64,000 nucleotides of DNA from an uncultured Acidobacteriota bacterium (GCA_963805975.1 CAWDVR010000001.1:96001-160000), one strand, 5' to 3'. Shown: positions 39,937 to 50,024, numbered from the stretch's first letter. Numbers and translations: made by a program. Notes: generated by a model from the letters alone, not told the origin.

Positions 39937-40335
39937 ATGCGCCACAATCGCAAAGGAAGGAAGCTCGGGCGGACGACCTCGCACCGCCTGGCACTGTTCC
40001 GCAACCAGCTCGCTTCCCTGGTGGAGCATCAGCGGATCACCACCACGCTGCCCAAGGCCAAGGAGCTGCGGCCGATCGCCGAGCGCCTCATCACCCAGGG
40101 CAAGCGGGGTACGGTCGAAGCACGGCGCCGGGTGGGGCGTTGGATCCCGAACCGCGACCTGATCAAGAAGCTCTTCGGCGAGATCGCGCCGCGCTTCACG
40201 GAGCGGCCGGGGGGCTACCTGCGGATCACCAAGATGGGGCCGCGCTCGGGCGACGGTGCTGAGATGGCGGTGCTCGAGTTCGTGGACTACGAGCTGAAGC
40301 CGAAGGCGGCCGAGGAGAAGAAGGAAAAGAAGTAA
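39937..40335 (+). CDS. rplQ: 50S ribosomal protein L17
   Basis: MRH...RKLGR, TTLPKAKELR, RPGGY. Confidence 0.99.
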   Translation: MRHNRKGRKLGRTTSHRLALFRNQLASLVEHQRITTTLPKAKELRPIAERLITQGKRGTVEARRRVGRWIPNRDLIKKLFGEIAPRFTERPGGYLRITKMGPRSGDGAEMAVLEFVDYELKPKAAEEKKEKK

Positions 40336-40356
40336 GGGCGCACGGCCGTGCGCCCT
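40335..40356. terminator. Perfect 22-bp palindrome between convergent rplQ and sspB; probable bidirectional terminator hairpin
   Basis: AGGGCGCACGG|CCGTGCGCCCT. No clear U-tract. Confidence 0.55.
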
Positions 40357-40368
40357 CGTCTCACCGCT

Positions 40369-40830
40369 CTACCTCTTCCTGAACTCGTCGAGCCTCACCA
40401 CATCGCCCGGCTGGCGCTGCGGCTTGGCCTCGGCTGCCGCGGGCGCCTCGACGGCGCTCTCGGTCCGGGCGCTCGCCGACGGCTTGGGATCGAGGGGTAG
40501 CAGGAACCCCGCGCCGGGATCGGCGAAGGTCTCGATCGCATGGTAGGGAATGGTCAGGCGATGGCGTGCGCCGCTGAAGGCCAGGGTCACCGCGAACTCC
40601 TGCTCGCCGGCCTCGAGATGCCAGTACTGGTGCTGGATGACGATGGTCATCGTCTCCGGATAGAGGTCTTTGAGCAGCGGCGTGATCTCGACCCCCGGCG
40701 CATCGGTGCGAAACTTGACGAGGAAGTGATGCTCGTCCGCCAACCCCTGCTCCTCGGCTTGGCGCATCGCGGCACGGACCACGCCCCGCATCGCCTCCTC
40801 GACCATGCGCCGGTAATCGAAGTACGGCAT
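40369..40830 (-). CDS. sspB: ClpXP adaptor SspB, alphaproteobacterial type
   Basis: FDY, HHF...FRT.APGV, YPETMTIVIQHQYW, C-terminal VVRLDEFRK. Start 40830 inferred. Confidence 0.8.
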   Translation of the reverse strand: MPYFDYRRMVEEAMRGVVRAAMRQAEEQGLADEHHFLVKFRTDAPGVEITPLLKDLYPETMTIVIQHQYWHLEAGEQEFAVTLAFSGARHRLTIPYHAIETFADPGAGFLLPLDPKPSASARTESAVEAPAAAEAKPQRQPGDVVRLDEFRKR

Positions 40831-40919
40831 GATTGGCGATATTCGCAGCTCACGACAGCAAAAGCCACAATTACATCCGCATTTCCGCCTGGCTTGAACC
40901 ATCTATTCCGGTCCACGCG

Positions 40920-41633
40920 ATGAAGCTTCTCGAGATTGCGGACGGCCTGAGCCGCAAGCTGGCGCGCCTGCGCTTCGAGCCGCCCGTGACCCATGTCTAC
41001 AACCCCCTGACCTATGCCCGCGAGCCATATGCCCGCTATCTGACCCGCTACGGCCGAGGCCGTAAGGAAGTGGTTTTCCTGGGGATGAACCCGGGGCCCT
41101 TCGGCATGGCGCAGACCGGCGTCCCGTTCGGCGAGGTGGGTTTCGTGCGGGACTGGCTCGGCCTCGAAGCCCCGGTGGGCAGGCCCCGACGCGGGCATCC
41201 CAAGCGCCCGGTCCTGGGCTTCGACTGCCCGAAGAGCGAGGTCTCGGGCTCGCGGCTCTGGGGTTGGGCCGCAAACCGTTTCGGCACGCCGGAGCGCTTC
41301 TTCGCCCGCTTCTTCGTGCTCAACTACTGCCCGCTTCTTTTCCTCGAGGCGAGTGGCGCCAACTTCACGCCCGACAAGCTGCCCGCGAGTGAGCGTTTGC
41401 CGCTCGAGAAGGCCTGCGACCAGGCTCTGCGCCGTTCGATCGAGGTTCTGGCGCCGCACTGGGTGGTGGGCGTCGGCAAGTTCGCCGAAACCCGGGCCCG
41501 GATCGCCCTCGCGGGGTTGGACGTGGAGATCGGCCAGATCCTTCACCCCAGCCCGGCCAGCCCGGCCGCCAACCACGGCTGGGCCGAGAAGGCAGAGAAG
41601 CAGCTCGCGGAGCTGGGGATCGAGCTCGGTTAG
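40920..41633 (+). CDS. SMUG1-type (family 3) uracil-DNA glycosylase
   Basis: YNPLTYA, GMNPGPFGMAQTGVPFG, SEVSG, HPSP. Confidence 0.93.
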   Translation: MKLLEIADGLSRKLARLRFEPPVTHVYNPLTYAREPYARYLTRYGRGRKEVVFLGMNPGPFGMAQTGVPFGEVGFVRDWLGLEAPVGRPRRGHPKRPVLGFDCPKSEVSGSRLWGWAANRFGTPERFFARFFVLNYCPLLFLEASGANFTPDKLPASERLPLEKACDQALRRSIEVLAPHWVVGVGKFAETRARIALAGLDVEIGQILHPSPASPAANHGWAEKAEKQLAELGIELG

Positions 41634-41645
41634 GCGGCCGAGCCC

Positions 41646-44282
41646 CTACTCGTCTCGCAGCGCCGCGGTGGGGTCCACGGCGAGGGCGCGGAAGAGCGGC
41701 GCCAGGTGCGCCACCAGGCTGGCGAGCGCCAGCAGCAGGGCGATGCCGGCGTAGGTGCTCGGGTCGTTGGCTGGCACCTGGTAGAGGAGCTTGCCGAGAA
41801 GGCCGCTCAACCCCAAAGCGGCAACCCAGCCGAGAGCGAGGCCGGAGCCGAGCAGCAGCAGGCCCGGCTGGAGCACCCGCCGCGCCACGTCCCAGCGCAG
41901 GGCGCCGAGCGCGATCCGCACGCCCAGCTCCTGGCGCTGGCTCTCGACCAGGTAGGCGATCAACCCGTAGAGCCCGACCGCGGCGAGGAGCAGGCCGATC
42001 AGCGCGAAGACGCCGAGCAGGGCCAGGGTGAAGCGCTCCCGGCCGGCGGTGGTCCTCGCCAGCTCCTCGAGGGTCGAGACCGCGGTGACGGGCACGCCCG
42101 GAGCGGCCTCGGCGATCTGGCGACGGATGGCCGGGGTGAGCGAGGCCGGGGGCACGCTGGTGCGGACCACCAGGGTCACGAAGCGGTCGGTCCGCTGGGT
42201 CTGGGGCATGTACATCTGAGGAGTGAAGGGGGCCGAGAGCGCTTCGTGTCGCACGTCCCCCACCACGCCGACCACGGTGCGCCAGGGCTCCCCTTCGCCA
42301 CCGAACCGGATGCGCCTGCCGAGCGGGTCCTCCTTGGCAAACAGCGTGGCCACGGCGGTCTCGCCCAGCAGCAGCACCGGCTCCGTGCCCGCCCGGTCGC
42401 TCGTGGAGAGCAGCCGGCCACGGCGAAGCGGCAGTCGCAGGGCTGCGAAGTACCCCGGGGTGACGCCATAGCGCTGCAGGTCGACCTCGTCCTTCGCTTC
42501 CCGCGCCTCCCGCCCCTCGACCTCCGAGCCCCAGGTGTCGAAGTCGCCGCTCATCGGCACCTGGCCGCTCAGGGCGGCCACCTCGACGCCGGGCAAGCCA
42601 CCCACTCGGGCGAGGAGGTCCTCCATCGCCTGCACGGTCGGAGCGTCCTCTTCGTAGCGCGAGCCGACGAAAGAGAGCCGGAGCGACAGCACGCCCCGGG
42701 GCTCGAAGCCGGGGTCGGTCCGCAGCAGCCGGCCGACGCTCTCGAGCATCAGGCCGGCTCCCACCAGGAGCACGAAGGCGAGCGCGATGTTCGCCACCAC
42801 CAGCAGTCGGCGCGCCCGGGTCTCCCGTCCGCCCCCGGCCACCCGTGCACCCCTGGCCAGGGCGGCGCTGCCGCTCCGCGCCAGACCCAGCGCCGGGGCG
42901 AGCCCGAAGGCAAGGCCGCTCACCATCACCACCAGCAGAGCGAAGGCGAGCACCCGGAGGTCGAGCGCCGCGTGCTCCATCTTGGGCAGCAGGCTGGGGG
43001 AGTAGCGGATCACGGCCTGCAGACCGGCCGCCGCCAGGACCAGTCCCAGGCCGCCTCCGAGCGCGCCCAGGAGCGCGCTCTCGGTCAGGAGCTGGCGCAC
43101 CAGCCTGCCGCGGCCGGCGCCGAGCGCCGAGCGGACGGCGACCTCGCGCTGCCGCTTGGCGGCGCGGGCGAGGAGCAGGCTCGCGACGTTGGCGCAGACG
43201 ATGAGCAGCAGGCAGCAGACCGCACCGAAGAGCACCAGAAGCGCCGGCCTCGCGGCGCCGACCAGCACCTCCTCGACCGGCATGACCGCGATCCGGCTGC
43301 TGTCGTAGTCACGGGGATAGGCGGCTCGCAGGCGGCCCTGGATCGCCTCGAGATCGCCGCGCGCCAGGTCGGGACCCACGCCCTCCCTGAGCCGCGCCAG
43401 GACCTTCAGATGCTGGCAGCTCCGGCAGGCCCAGGGCTGCGACACCTCGTACCCGAGCGGCGACAGCACGTCCGGAGCCCCATAGTTGGCGAAGAGCACG
43501 TCATCGAAGGCGCGGGGCAGCACCCCGACCACTTCGAAGGGCCGGCCCGTCAGATCGATCGAGCGGCCGATGATGCCGGGGTCGGCGCCGAAGCGCCGTC
43601 GCCACAGCCGATCGGAGAGGATCACCACGTAGCGGCGGTCGGGATGGTCCTCCGCGGGCTCGAAGTCCCGCCCCAGGGCCGGCGCCACGCCAAGGGTGGC
43701 GAGGAAGGTCGAGGTCACGCGCCAGCCCTGGAGCTGTTCGGTCTCCTCGCGGGTCAGCGCGGGGCTCCAGTCGCGAAGGATCGCCAGGTTCTCGAACGAG
43801 TGGTTCTGCTCACGCCAGTCGAGGTAGGTGGAATAGCCCGTGTTGCTGGGGAGGCCCGTGTCGCCGGGCTCGCCGGCCATCACCAGCCGCGCCGGGTCGG
43901 CGTAGGGAAGGGGCCTGAGCAGAACCGCGTCGACCAGCGAGAAGGTGGTCGTGGTCGCCGCCACGCCCAGCGCCACGGTCGCCACCGCCACCGTGCTGAA
44001 ACCGGGCGCCCGGCGGAGCAGCCGCGCCGCGAGCCGGAGATCCTGGCCCAGCCCCTGCCAGGGTGCTGCCCGTGGCCGCTTCACCACCGGCGCCCGCCGC
44101 CAGCAGGCGGCACCGGAAGCCAGGGCCTGCCACCAGTACCACCGTGCCAGAGAGGCGTGGCCCCGGCCGGCCACACGCTGCGCCTCGAGCTCTTCCTCGA
44201 GGTCGCCGAGGATCACCTCGCGCGCCACGGGGTCTCGAACCAGGACTTGGAGCAGCCAGCGGGGAAAGCGCGGTGCACTCAT
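41646..44282 (-). CDS. ADOP-family duplicated ABC permease (MacB/FtsX-like)
   Basis: QDLRLAAR..RRAPGF, REVAVRSALGAGR, ELGVRIALGA, VDPTAALR. Confidence 0.92.
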   Translation of the reverse strand: MSAPRFPRWLLQVLVRDPVAREVILGDLEEELEAQRVAGRGHASLARWYWWQALASGAACWRRAPVVKRPRAAPWQGLGQDLRLAARLLRRAPGFSTVAVATVALGVAATTTTFSLVDAVLLRPLPYADPARLVMAGEPGDTGLPSNTGYSTYLDWREQNHSFENLAILRDWSPALTREETEQLQGWRVTSTFLATLGVAPALGRDFEPAEDHPDRRYVVILSDRLWRRRFGADPGIIGRSIDLTGRPFEVVGVLPRAFDDVLFANYGAPDVLSPLGYEVSQPWACRSCQHLKVLARLREGVGPDLARGDLEAIQGRLRAAYPRDYDSSRIAVMPVEEVLVGAARPALLVLFGAVCCLLLIVCANVASLLLARAAKRQREVAVRSALGAGRGRLVRQLLTESALLGALGGGLGLVLAAAGLQAVIRYSPSLLPKMEHAALDLRVLAFALLVVMVSGLAFGLAPALGLARSGSAALARGARVAGGGRETRARRLLVVANIALAFVLLVGAGLMLESVGRLLRTDPGFEPRGVLSLRLSFVGSRYEEDAPTVQAMEDLLARVGGLPGVEVAALSGQVPMSGDFDTWGSEVEGREAREAKDEVDLQRYGVTPGYFAALRLPLRRGRLLSTSDRAGTEPVLLLGETAVATLFAKEDPLGRRIRFGGEGEPWRTVVGVVGDVRHEALSAPFTPQMYMPQTQRTDRFVTLVVRTSVPPASLTPAIRRQIAEAAPGVPVTAVSTLEELARTTAGRERFTLALLGVFALIGLLLAAVGLYGLIAYLVESQRQELGVRIALGALRWDVARRVLQPGLLLLGSGLALGWVAALGLSGLLGKLLYQVPANDPSTYAGIALLLALASLVAHLAPLFRALAVDPTAALRDE

Positions 44283-44602
44283 GACAGGCGGAACCTCGCT
44301 TCCATGCCTTGCGCCATGCGGCGCAGCTCCTCGAACGAGCTCCCGAGAACCCGCTCGCCCGCCAGTTGCAGCCGGTAGACACGCTTGCGCCGGCCGCCGC
44401 GCACGGGCGTGGGGTCGGTCAGCTCGGAGCGCACCAGACCACGTGACTCGAGCCGCTCGAGCGAAGTGTAGATGGCGCCGGCGGATACCTGGCGGCCCGT
44501 GCGCTCCTCGATCTCGCGGCGGATGGTCACACCGTAGGCGTCGGCGAGCTGCGCCACGGCGAGCAGGATCAGCTTCTCGAAATGCCCTACGGCCTCCGCC
44601 AT
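44279..44602 (-). CDS. PadR-family transcriptional regulator
   Basis: AYGVTI, GAIYTSLERLE, GGRRKRVY. Overlaps the ADOP start by 4 nt. Confidence 0.92.
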   Translation of the reverse strand: MAEAVGHFEKLILLAVAQLADAYGVTIRREIEERTGRQVSAGAIYTSLERLESRGLVRSELTDPTPVRGGRRKRVYRLQLAGERVLGSSFEELRRMAQGMEARFRLS

Positions 44603-44608
44603 GCGGGC

Positions 44609-44614
44609 ATTATA
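44609..44614 (-). promoter_or_regulatory. -10 box TATAAT 6 nt upstream of padR ATG (leaderless promoter)
   Basis: Minus strand reads TATAAT-gcccgc-ATG with no SD. Confidence 0.65.
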
Positions 44615-44666
44615 ACTACGCTGTGGTTCAAATGGGACAATTGTTTCGAGAAAGGCGTGGAGGGCA

Positions 44667-44770
44667 GATGGATTCCCGCTTTCGCGGGAATGACGGCCCG
44701 AATACTCCTACCGGTTCTCAAGCTGCCTGCTCGACCGGCCTCGTCATTCCCGCGGAAGCGGGAATCCATC
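44667..44770. repeat. REP-like inverted doublet, CGTCATTCCCGCG(A/G)AAGCGGGAATCCATC family
   Basis: 29-bp arms at 44667-44695 and 44742-44770, one mismatch. Each arm is internally palindromic (ATTCCC-N8-GGGAAT). Confidence 0.9.
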
Positions 44771-45523
44771 CGTGCGCTCCAGCGCGGCGCGGTCCATCCA
44801 CCAGATCAGCTCGCCCTCCTCCGGGCGCACGCCCTGAGCGGGGAGAGTCTCCGGCGTGGGCTCGTCGTAGAGCACCCGTCGGAGCGTGAGAGCTTTGTCC
44901 GCCCCGGCGACCAGGAAGATCACGCAGGCGGCGCGATTGAGCACCGGAAAAGTGAGGGTGATGCGGTGGGTGCCCAGTTTGGGTATCCAGTTGGAGACCG
45001 CCAAGCGCTCCCGCTCGGTGAGCGCGGCCGTGCCGGGGAAGAGCGAGGCGGTGTGGCCGTCGATGCCGAGGCCGAGGAGGACGAGGTCGAAGCGAGGGAC
45101 CTCGCCGGCGCGAAGTGCGAAAGCCCGGCGCAGCTCGCTCTCGTACTCTGCCGCTGCCTTCTCCGGCGCCAGCTCGCCGCGGATGCGGTGGACGCGATCC
45201 ACCGGAACATCGAGGCGCGCGAGCAGCTCCTCGTCGGCCGCGCGGAAATTGCTCTCCGGATGATCGGGCGGCACGCAACGCTCGTCGCCCCAGAACCAGT
45301 CGATGCTCGCCCAGGGGATCGTCGGGTCGGCGGCCGAGAGCGCGAGCTGCCGGAAGAGGGCGAGCGGAGTCGAGCCGCCGGAGAGCGCCACGCGAAAGGT
45401 GCCGCGCGCTTCGACGGCCTGCCGCGCGCGACGGAGGAATTCTTCCGCCGCCTGCACGGCGAGGGCCGCAGGGTCGGCGGCGACGCGCAGCTCACCGAGG
45501 CGCGGTTCGAGGTAGGTCCCCAT
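44744..45523 (-). CDS. pgl: 6-phosphogluconolactonase
   Basis: ALSGGSTP, WGDERCVPPDH..SN, LGLG.DGHTASLFP, RITLT. Confidence 0.95.
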   Translation of the reverse strand: MGTYLEPRLGELRVAADPAALAVQAAEEFLRRARQAVEARGTFRVALSGGSTPLALFRQLALSAADPTIPWASIDWFWGDERCVPPDHPESNFRAADEELLARLDVPVDRVHRIRGELAPEKAAAEYESELRRAFALRAGEVPRFDLVLLGLGIDGHTASLFPGTAALTERERLAVSNWIPKLGTHRITLTFPVLNRAACVIFLVAGADKALTLRRVLYDEPTPETLPAQGVRPEEGELIWWMDRAALERTDGFPLPRE

Positions 45524-45612
45524 GCCCTGTCATCCTGAGCGCAGCGAAGGATCCCGGGAGTGCGACGGTACCCCTGGCTCGAGATCCTTCGCTGCGCTCA
45601 GGATGACAGGGC
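45524..45612. repeat. REP-like inverted doublet, TGTCATCCTGAGCGCAGCGAAGGATC family
   Basis: Perfect 30-bp inverted arms at 45524-45553 and 45583-45612. Confidence 0.92.
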
Positions 45613-46594
45613 TCAGCTCGCCGACCGCGTAGGTCGCAGCGCCCAGGAGCCCCGCGCCTTCGTCGAGGATCACCGTCACCGGCATGGCTTCGAGCACCGG
45701 CCGCATCCGGCCCTTGGCGCGGAAGGCTTCGAGAAAGTCGGGCGCGCGCAGACGCAGGAGGATCTTGGGCGGGATGCCGCCGCCCAGGTAGACGCCGGCG
45801 GTGGCCATGGTCTTGAGCGCCAGATTGCCCGCCTCGGCGCCGAGGCCGCGCACGAAGAGGTCGAGGGCGTCGACAGCGATCTCGTCGCGGCCCCCCAGCG
45901 CGGCCCGAGAGATCGCCGCCGCGGGGTCGCCGGCCGCCATCTCCTCGGCCAGCCAGGCGGGCACGGGCGCCCGGCGATGGGCACACAGGAACTCGTGGAT
46001 GGAAGCGAGGCCCGGGCCGGAGACCACCCGCTCCCAGCTCACGTGGCTATGGCGTCGGGCGAGGTGGCGGAGCAGCTCGATCTCGACCTCGCCTTGCGGC
46101 GCAAAGCTCGCGTGCCCGCCCTCGGTGGCGAAGGGCCGCCGATGCCGACCGTCCCAGGCGAGACCTGCCTCGCCCAGGCCGGTGCCGGCGGCGATCAGCG
46201 CCGCATTGCCGTCGGCCGAGGGATCGCCGGGCGAGAGCACCGCCAGGCTCGAGGCAGGCAGCTCGTCGATGGCCCAGGCGAAAGCCTCGAGGTCGTTGAG
46301 CAGGGCGATATGTGGGATGTCGAGGGCAGCGGCGAGCTCCGCGGCATCGACCACCCAGGGCAGGTTGGTCGCCTGGCAGCGGCCGTGGCGAACCGGCCCG
46401 GCGACGCCGAAGCAGGCGGCGGCAGGCCGGGTGGTCTCGCCCGCGAGAAAGCTCTCGACCAGCTCCAGGAAGCCGGCGTGCTCGCGGCTCGGGAAGACCT
46501 TCTCTCGCAGGAGGGCCGGCCGGCCGGTCCGGGTCTCGAAGAGTGCCAGCCGCGTGTGGGTGCCGCCGACATCGCCGGCGAGGACGGCGGTCAT
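45530..46594 (-). CDS. glk: Glucokinase (group A), C-terminus extended through a REP doublet
   Basis: GDVGGT, LLNDLEA, GTGLG, TEGGH, GVYLGGGI. Confidence 0.95.
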   Translation of the reverse strand: MTAVLAGDVGGTHTRLALFETRTGRPALLREKVFPSREHAGFLELVESFLAGETTRPAAACFGVAGPVRHGRCQATNLPWVVDAAELAAALDIPHIALLNDLEAFAWAIDELPASSLAVLSPGDPSADGNAALIAAGTGLGEAGLAWDGRHRRPFATEGGHASFAPQGEVEIELLRHLARRHSHVSWERVVSGPGLASIHEFLCAHRRAPVPAWLAEEMAAGDPAAAISRAALGGRDEIAVDALDLFVRGLGAEAGNLALKTMATAGVYLGGGIPPKILLRLRAPDFLEAFRAKGRMRPVLEAMPVTVILDEGAGLLGAATYAVGELSPVILSAAKDLEPGVPSHSRDPSLRSG

Positions 46595-46604
46595 CGGGCT
46601 CCGG

Positions 46605-48137
46605 TCACGGGCCGCTGGCCCAGCGCCGCCCGTCCTGGGTCATCAGTCTCTCGGCTTCGGCCGGGCCCCAGGTGCCGGAGTCGTAGTTGGGAAAGCTGCG
46701 CGGCGGCAGCGCCTGCCACAGGTCGAGGATGGGCGCCACCACGCTCCAGGCGGCCTCCACGTTGTCGGCGCGCTGGAAGAGCGTGGCATCCCCCTTCATG
46801 CAGTCGTAGAGCAGGGTCTCGTAGCCGGTGGCGGGGGAGGAGCCGAACTGCTCGGCGTAGGAAAAATCCATATTGACGCTGCCCATGCGAAGCACCGGGC
46901 CGGGCACCTTGGCGCTGAAGGTGAGCGAGATCCCTTCCTCCGGCTGCACGCGGATCACCAGGCGGTTGGCCTCCAGGTGCTCGACCGGCGTCTCCCGGAA
47001 CAGCATGAAGGGCGGGCGCCTGAACTGCACCACGATCTCCGTCACCCGGGCCGCCATGCGCTTGCCGGTGCGCAGGTAGAAGGGCACGCCGGCCCAGCGC
47101 CAACTGTCGATCAGCAGCTTGAGGGCGACGAAGGTCTCGGTGCGCGACTCGGGCTCGACGCCGGGCTCCTCGCGGTAAGCGGGCACCGCCTCGCCGTCCG
47201 GCATGGTGCCGGCCCCGTACTGGCCACGCACGGTGCGCGTCAGCACCTCCTCCGGGGTCGGCGGCTGGATGGCCTGGAGGGCCTTGGCCTTCTCGTTGCG
47301 CACCGCGTCCGCGGCGAAGGAGTTGGGCGGCTCCATGGCGACCAGCGCCAACAGCTGGAAGAGGTGGTTGGGCACCATGTCGCGCAGTGCGCCGGCCTCT
47401 TCGTAGTAGCCGCCCCGGTGCTCGACGCCCAGCTCCTCGGCAACGGTGATCTGCACGTGGTCGACGTAGCGCCGGTTCCAGATCGGCTCGAAGATGCCGT
47501 TGGCGAAGCGGAAGACGAGCAGGTTCTGCACCGTCTCTTTGCCCAGATAGTGGTCGATGCGGTAGATCTGCTTCTCGGAGAGCACGGTGCGCAGGTCACG
47601 GTTCAGGGCCTCGGCGGACTCGAGGTCGCGACCGAACGGCTTCTCGATCACCACCCGGCGCCAGTTGCCCTCTTCCTGGGCGGCGAGACCGTTCGCGCCG
47701 AGCTGCTCGACGATGGGGCCGAAGAACTTGGGCGGCACGGCCAGGTAGTGGAGGAAGTTCCCCTCGGTGCGGTGGGCCTGGTCGATGCGCTCGATCTCCG
47801 CCTTCAGCCGGTCGAAGGACTCGGTCGAGCGGAAGTCGCCCTGCACGTAGTAGAGGCGCGGCTCCAGCCACTGCCACACGGCCTCGTCGAAGTCCTCGGG
47901 CACGTGCTTGCGGAGCTCTTCGCCCAGCACGGCGCGATAGGCGGTGTGGTCGAGCTCGCGGGCGGCGAAGGCGATGACGGCGAAGCTCTCGGGCAGCAGA
48001 TCGTCACGGCGCAGGTTGTAGAGGGCCGGGATCAGTTTTCTCTGGGTCAGGTCGCCGGAGCCGCCGAAGATCACCATCAGGCAGGGGCCGGCCGCCTTGG
48101 CGAGGGGCTCGTGAGCGTGGGCGTGCGAGTCGGTCAT
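46605..48137 (-). CDS. zwf: Glucose-6-phosphate 1-dehydrogenase
   Basis: [20 protein letters not shown]. Confidence 0.98.
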   Translation of the reverse strand: MTDSHAHAHEPLAKAAGPCLMVIFGGSGDLTQRKLIPALYNLRRDDLLPESFAVIAFAARELDHTAYRAVLGEELRKHVPEDFDEAVWQWLEPRLYYVQGDFRSTESFDRLKAEIERIDQAHRTEGNFLHYLAVPPKFFGPIVEQLGANGLAAQEEGNWRRVVIEKPFGRDLESAEALNRDLRTVLSEKQIYRIDHYLGKETVQNLLVFRFANGIFEPIWNRRYVDHVQITVAEELGVEHRGGYYEEAGALRDMVPNHLFQLLALVAMEPPNSFAADAVRNEKAKALQAIQPPTPEEVLTRTVRGQYGAGTMPDGEAVPAYREEPGVEPESRTETFVALKLLIDSWRWAGVPFYLRTGKRMAARVTEIVVQFRRPPFMLFRETPVEHLEANRLVIRVQPEEGISLTFSAKVPGPVLRMGSVNMDFSYAEQFGSSPATGYETLLYDCMKGDATLFQRADNVEAAWSVVAPILDLWQALPPRSFPNYDSGTWGPAEAERLMTQDGRRWASGP

Positions 48138-48161
48138 GGGGGAGCGATCCTATCGCGGCCC

Positions 48162-49139
48162 TCACCCCACCTTCTCGACGTGCCCCCCGAACTGCTGGCG
48201 TAGGGCGGAAAGCAGCTTGTCCCCGAAGGTTGCGTCCTGGCGCGAGCGGAAGCGCGCGAAGAGGGCCGTGGCGAGCACGTCGGCGGGCACCGCGTTCTCG
48301 AGCGCCGTGGCCACCGTCCAGCGGCCCTCGCCCGAGTCCTCCACCGAGCCGGTGAACGCGGCCAGCGTCTCGTCCTCGGCGAGGGCGATGGCGGCGAGGT
48401 CGAGCAGCCAGGAGCCCACCACGCTGCCGCGCCGCCAGAGCTCGGCGACGTCGGCGAGCGGCAGCTCGTAGCGCTGCGCCTCGGGGGTGGTGTCACGGCC
48501 GGCCGAGGCCAGGAGATCGAAGCCCTCGGCGTAGGCCTGCATCAGCCCGTACTCGATGCCGTTGTGAACCATCTTGACGAAATGGCCGGCGCCGGCCGGA
48601 CCGCAGTAGAGGTAGCCCTGGTCCGCGGTCGAGGCGCGGGCTTCACGCCCGGGCGTCTCCGCCGCGGCGGATCGCCCAGGGGCGAGGGTCTGGAAGATCG
48701 GCTCGAGGCGGCGGTACGCGGCCTCATCGCCGCCGATCATCAAGCAGTAGCCGCGCTCGCGGCCCCACACGCCGCCGCTGGTGCCGACGTCGAGGTACGC
48801 CAGGCTCCTGCCGGCGAGCGCCTTGGCGCGCCGCACGTCGTCCTTGAAGTAGGAGTTGCCGCCGTCGAGGATGGCGTCGCCGGGGGAGAGCACCGCCGCC
48901 AGCGCCTCGACGGTCTTTTCGGTCGGAGGCCCGGCCGGCACCATGCACCAGACGGCGCGCGGCGCCGCGAGCCGGGCGGCGAATTCGGCCGGCGAGCCGG
49001 CGCCCACCGCACCCTCGGCGACCAGCGCTTCCACGGCCGCCGGGTCGAGGTCGTAGACCACGCACTCGTGCCCGCCCTCGAGCAGGCGCCGCACCAGGTT
49101 CGCGCCCATCCGTCCCAGGCCCACCATTCCGAGTTGCAT
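48162..49139 (-). CDS. gnd: Decarboxylating 6-phosphogluconate dehydrogenase, short type
   Basis: [36 protein letters not shown] before ATG 49139. Confidence 0.95.
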   Translation of the reverse strand: MQLGMVGLGRMGANLVRRLLEGGHECVVYDLDPAAVEALVAEGAVGAGSPAEFAARLAAPRAVWCMVPAGPPTEKTVEALAAVLSPGDAILDGGNSYFKDDVRRAKALAGRSLAYLDVGTSGGVWGRERGYCLMIGGDEAAYRRLEPIFQTLAPGRSAAAETPGREARASTADQGYLYCGPAGAGHFVKMVHNGIEYGLMQAYAEGFDLLASAGRDTTPEAQRYELPLADVAELWRRGSVVGSWLLDLAAIALAEDETLAAFTGSVEDSGEGRWTVATALENAVPADVLATALFARFRSRQDATFGDKLLSALRQQFGGHVEKVG

Positions 49140-49234
49140 CCTCGCCTCCGTCTTGGTCACGCCCCGACCGCGAGCACCCGGGGGTTCGATGATACGCGTG
49201 CTAGGCTGGCGGCGCCTCCCCTGGAGATCCCTTC

Positions 49235-49993
49235 GTGACCGCTGAGCCGGCCCAGCCCTCTCGCCCGCGGTTCCAGAACCTGGACGGCCGCCAGCTCGCT
49301 GGCCTGGCCGCGATCTTCGTCGTGGTCTGGCTGTTGTGGGACACCTGGTGGGTGTACCCGCTCAAGATGCTGGTGGTGCTCTTCCACGAGATGTCGCACG
49401 GTCTGGCGGCGATCGCCACCGGCGGCTCGATCGCCGGCATCGAGCTGGTGGCGCGCGAGGGCGGCCTCTGCCGCACGATCGGCGGCAACCGCTTTCTCAC
49501 GCTCTCGGCGGGCTACCTCGGCAGCCTGGTCTGGGGCGGCCTGCTCCTGATCGCAGCCGCCCGCAGCCGGATCGACCAGGCGGTCACGGCGATCCTCGGT
49601 TCGCTCCTGCTGCTGGTGGCGCTGGTCTGGGTGCGGCCCCTCGTCAGCTTCGGCTTCGCCTTCTCGCTCGTCGCCGGAGCCCTCTTGCTCCTCGCCGGCT
49701 CGAAGGCGCCGGAGCGCTTCAACGACTACCTGCTCAAGGTCATCGGCTTGACCAGCATGCTCTACGCCGTGCTCGACATCAAGGACGACATCCTCGCTCG
49801 CCCGCACCTCCTCGAGTCCGACGCCGCTCAGCTCGCCGACCGAACCGGCGTTCCCACCCTCGTCTGGGGAGTGCTCTGGATGGGGATCGCGATCGTCGCC
49901 GCGCTCTCCCTGCTCGCCGTGGCCGGGCGCAAGGGGGGCCGGCGGGAGGTGTCCGGTCCCCACATGCCCGGGAAGCCCCCCGCTCTCTCCTAG
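49235..49993 (+). CDS. M50B-like membrane metallopeptidase
   Basis: HEMSH, AGYLG, SDA motifs; multiple TM segments. Confidence 0.85.
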   Translation: MTAEPAQPSRPRFQNLDGRQLAGLAAIFVVVWLLWDTWWVYPLKMLVVLFHEMSHGLAAIATGGSIAGIELVAREGGLCRTIGGNRFLTLSAGYLGSLVWGGLLLIAAARSRIDQAVTAILGSLLLLVALVWVRPLVSFGFAFSLVAGALLLLAGSKAPERFNDYLLKVIGLTSMLYAVLDIKDDILARPHLLESDAAQLADRTGVPTLVWGVLWMGIAIVAALSLLAVAGRKGGRREVSGPHMPGKPPALS

Positions 49994-50024
49994 GCCTGCC
50001 TCTCCTAGGACCTGTCTCTCCTAG
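49985..50024. repeat. Triple CTCTCCTAG repeat between convergent genes
   Basis: Copies at 49985, 50000 and 50016. Confidence 0.7.

Noticed and set aside
21914-40004. Long antisense and off-frame ORFs over the ribosomal cluster and elsewhere
   Set aside because: These are shadows of real genes caused by high GC3. They show no recognisable motifs.
41646-44602. PadR plus ADOP permease as a new system
   Set aside because: This is an already described, highly expanded gene pair in Acidobacteria.
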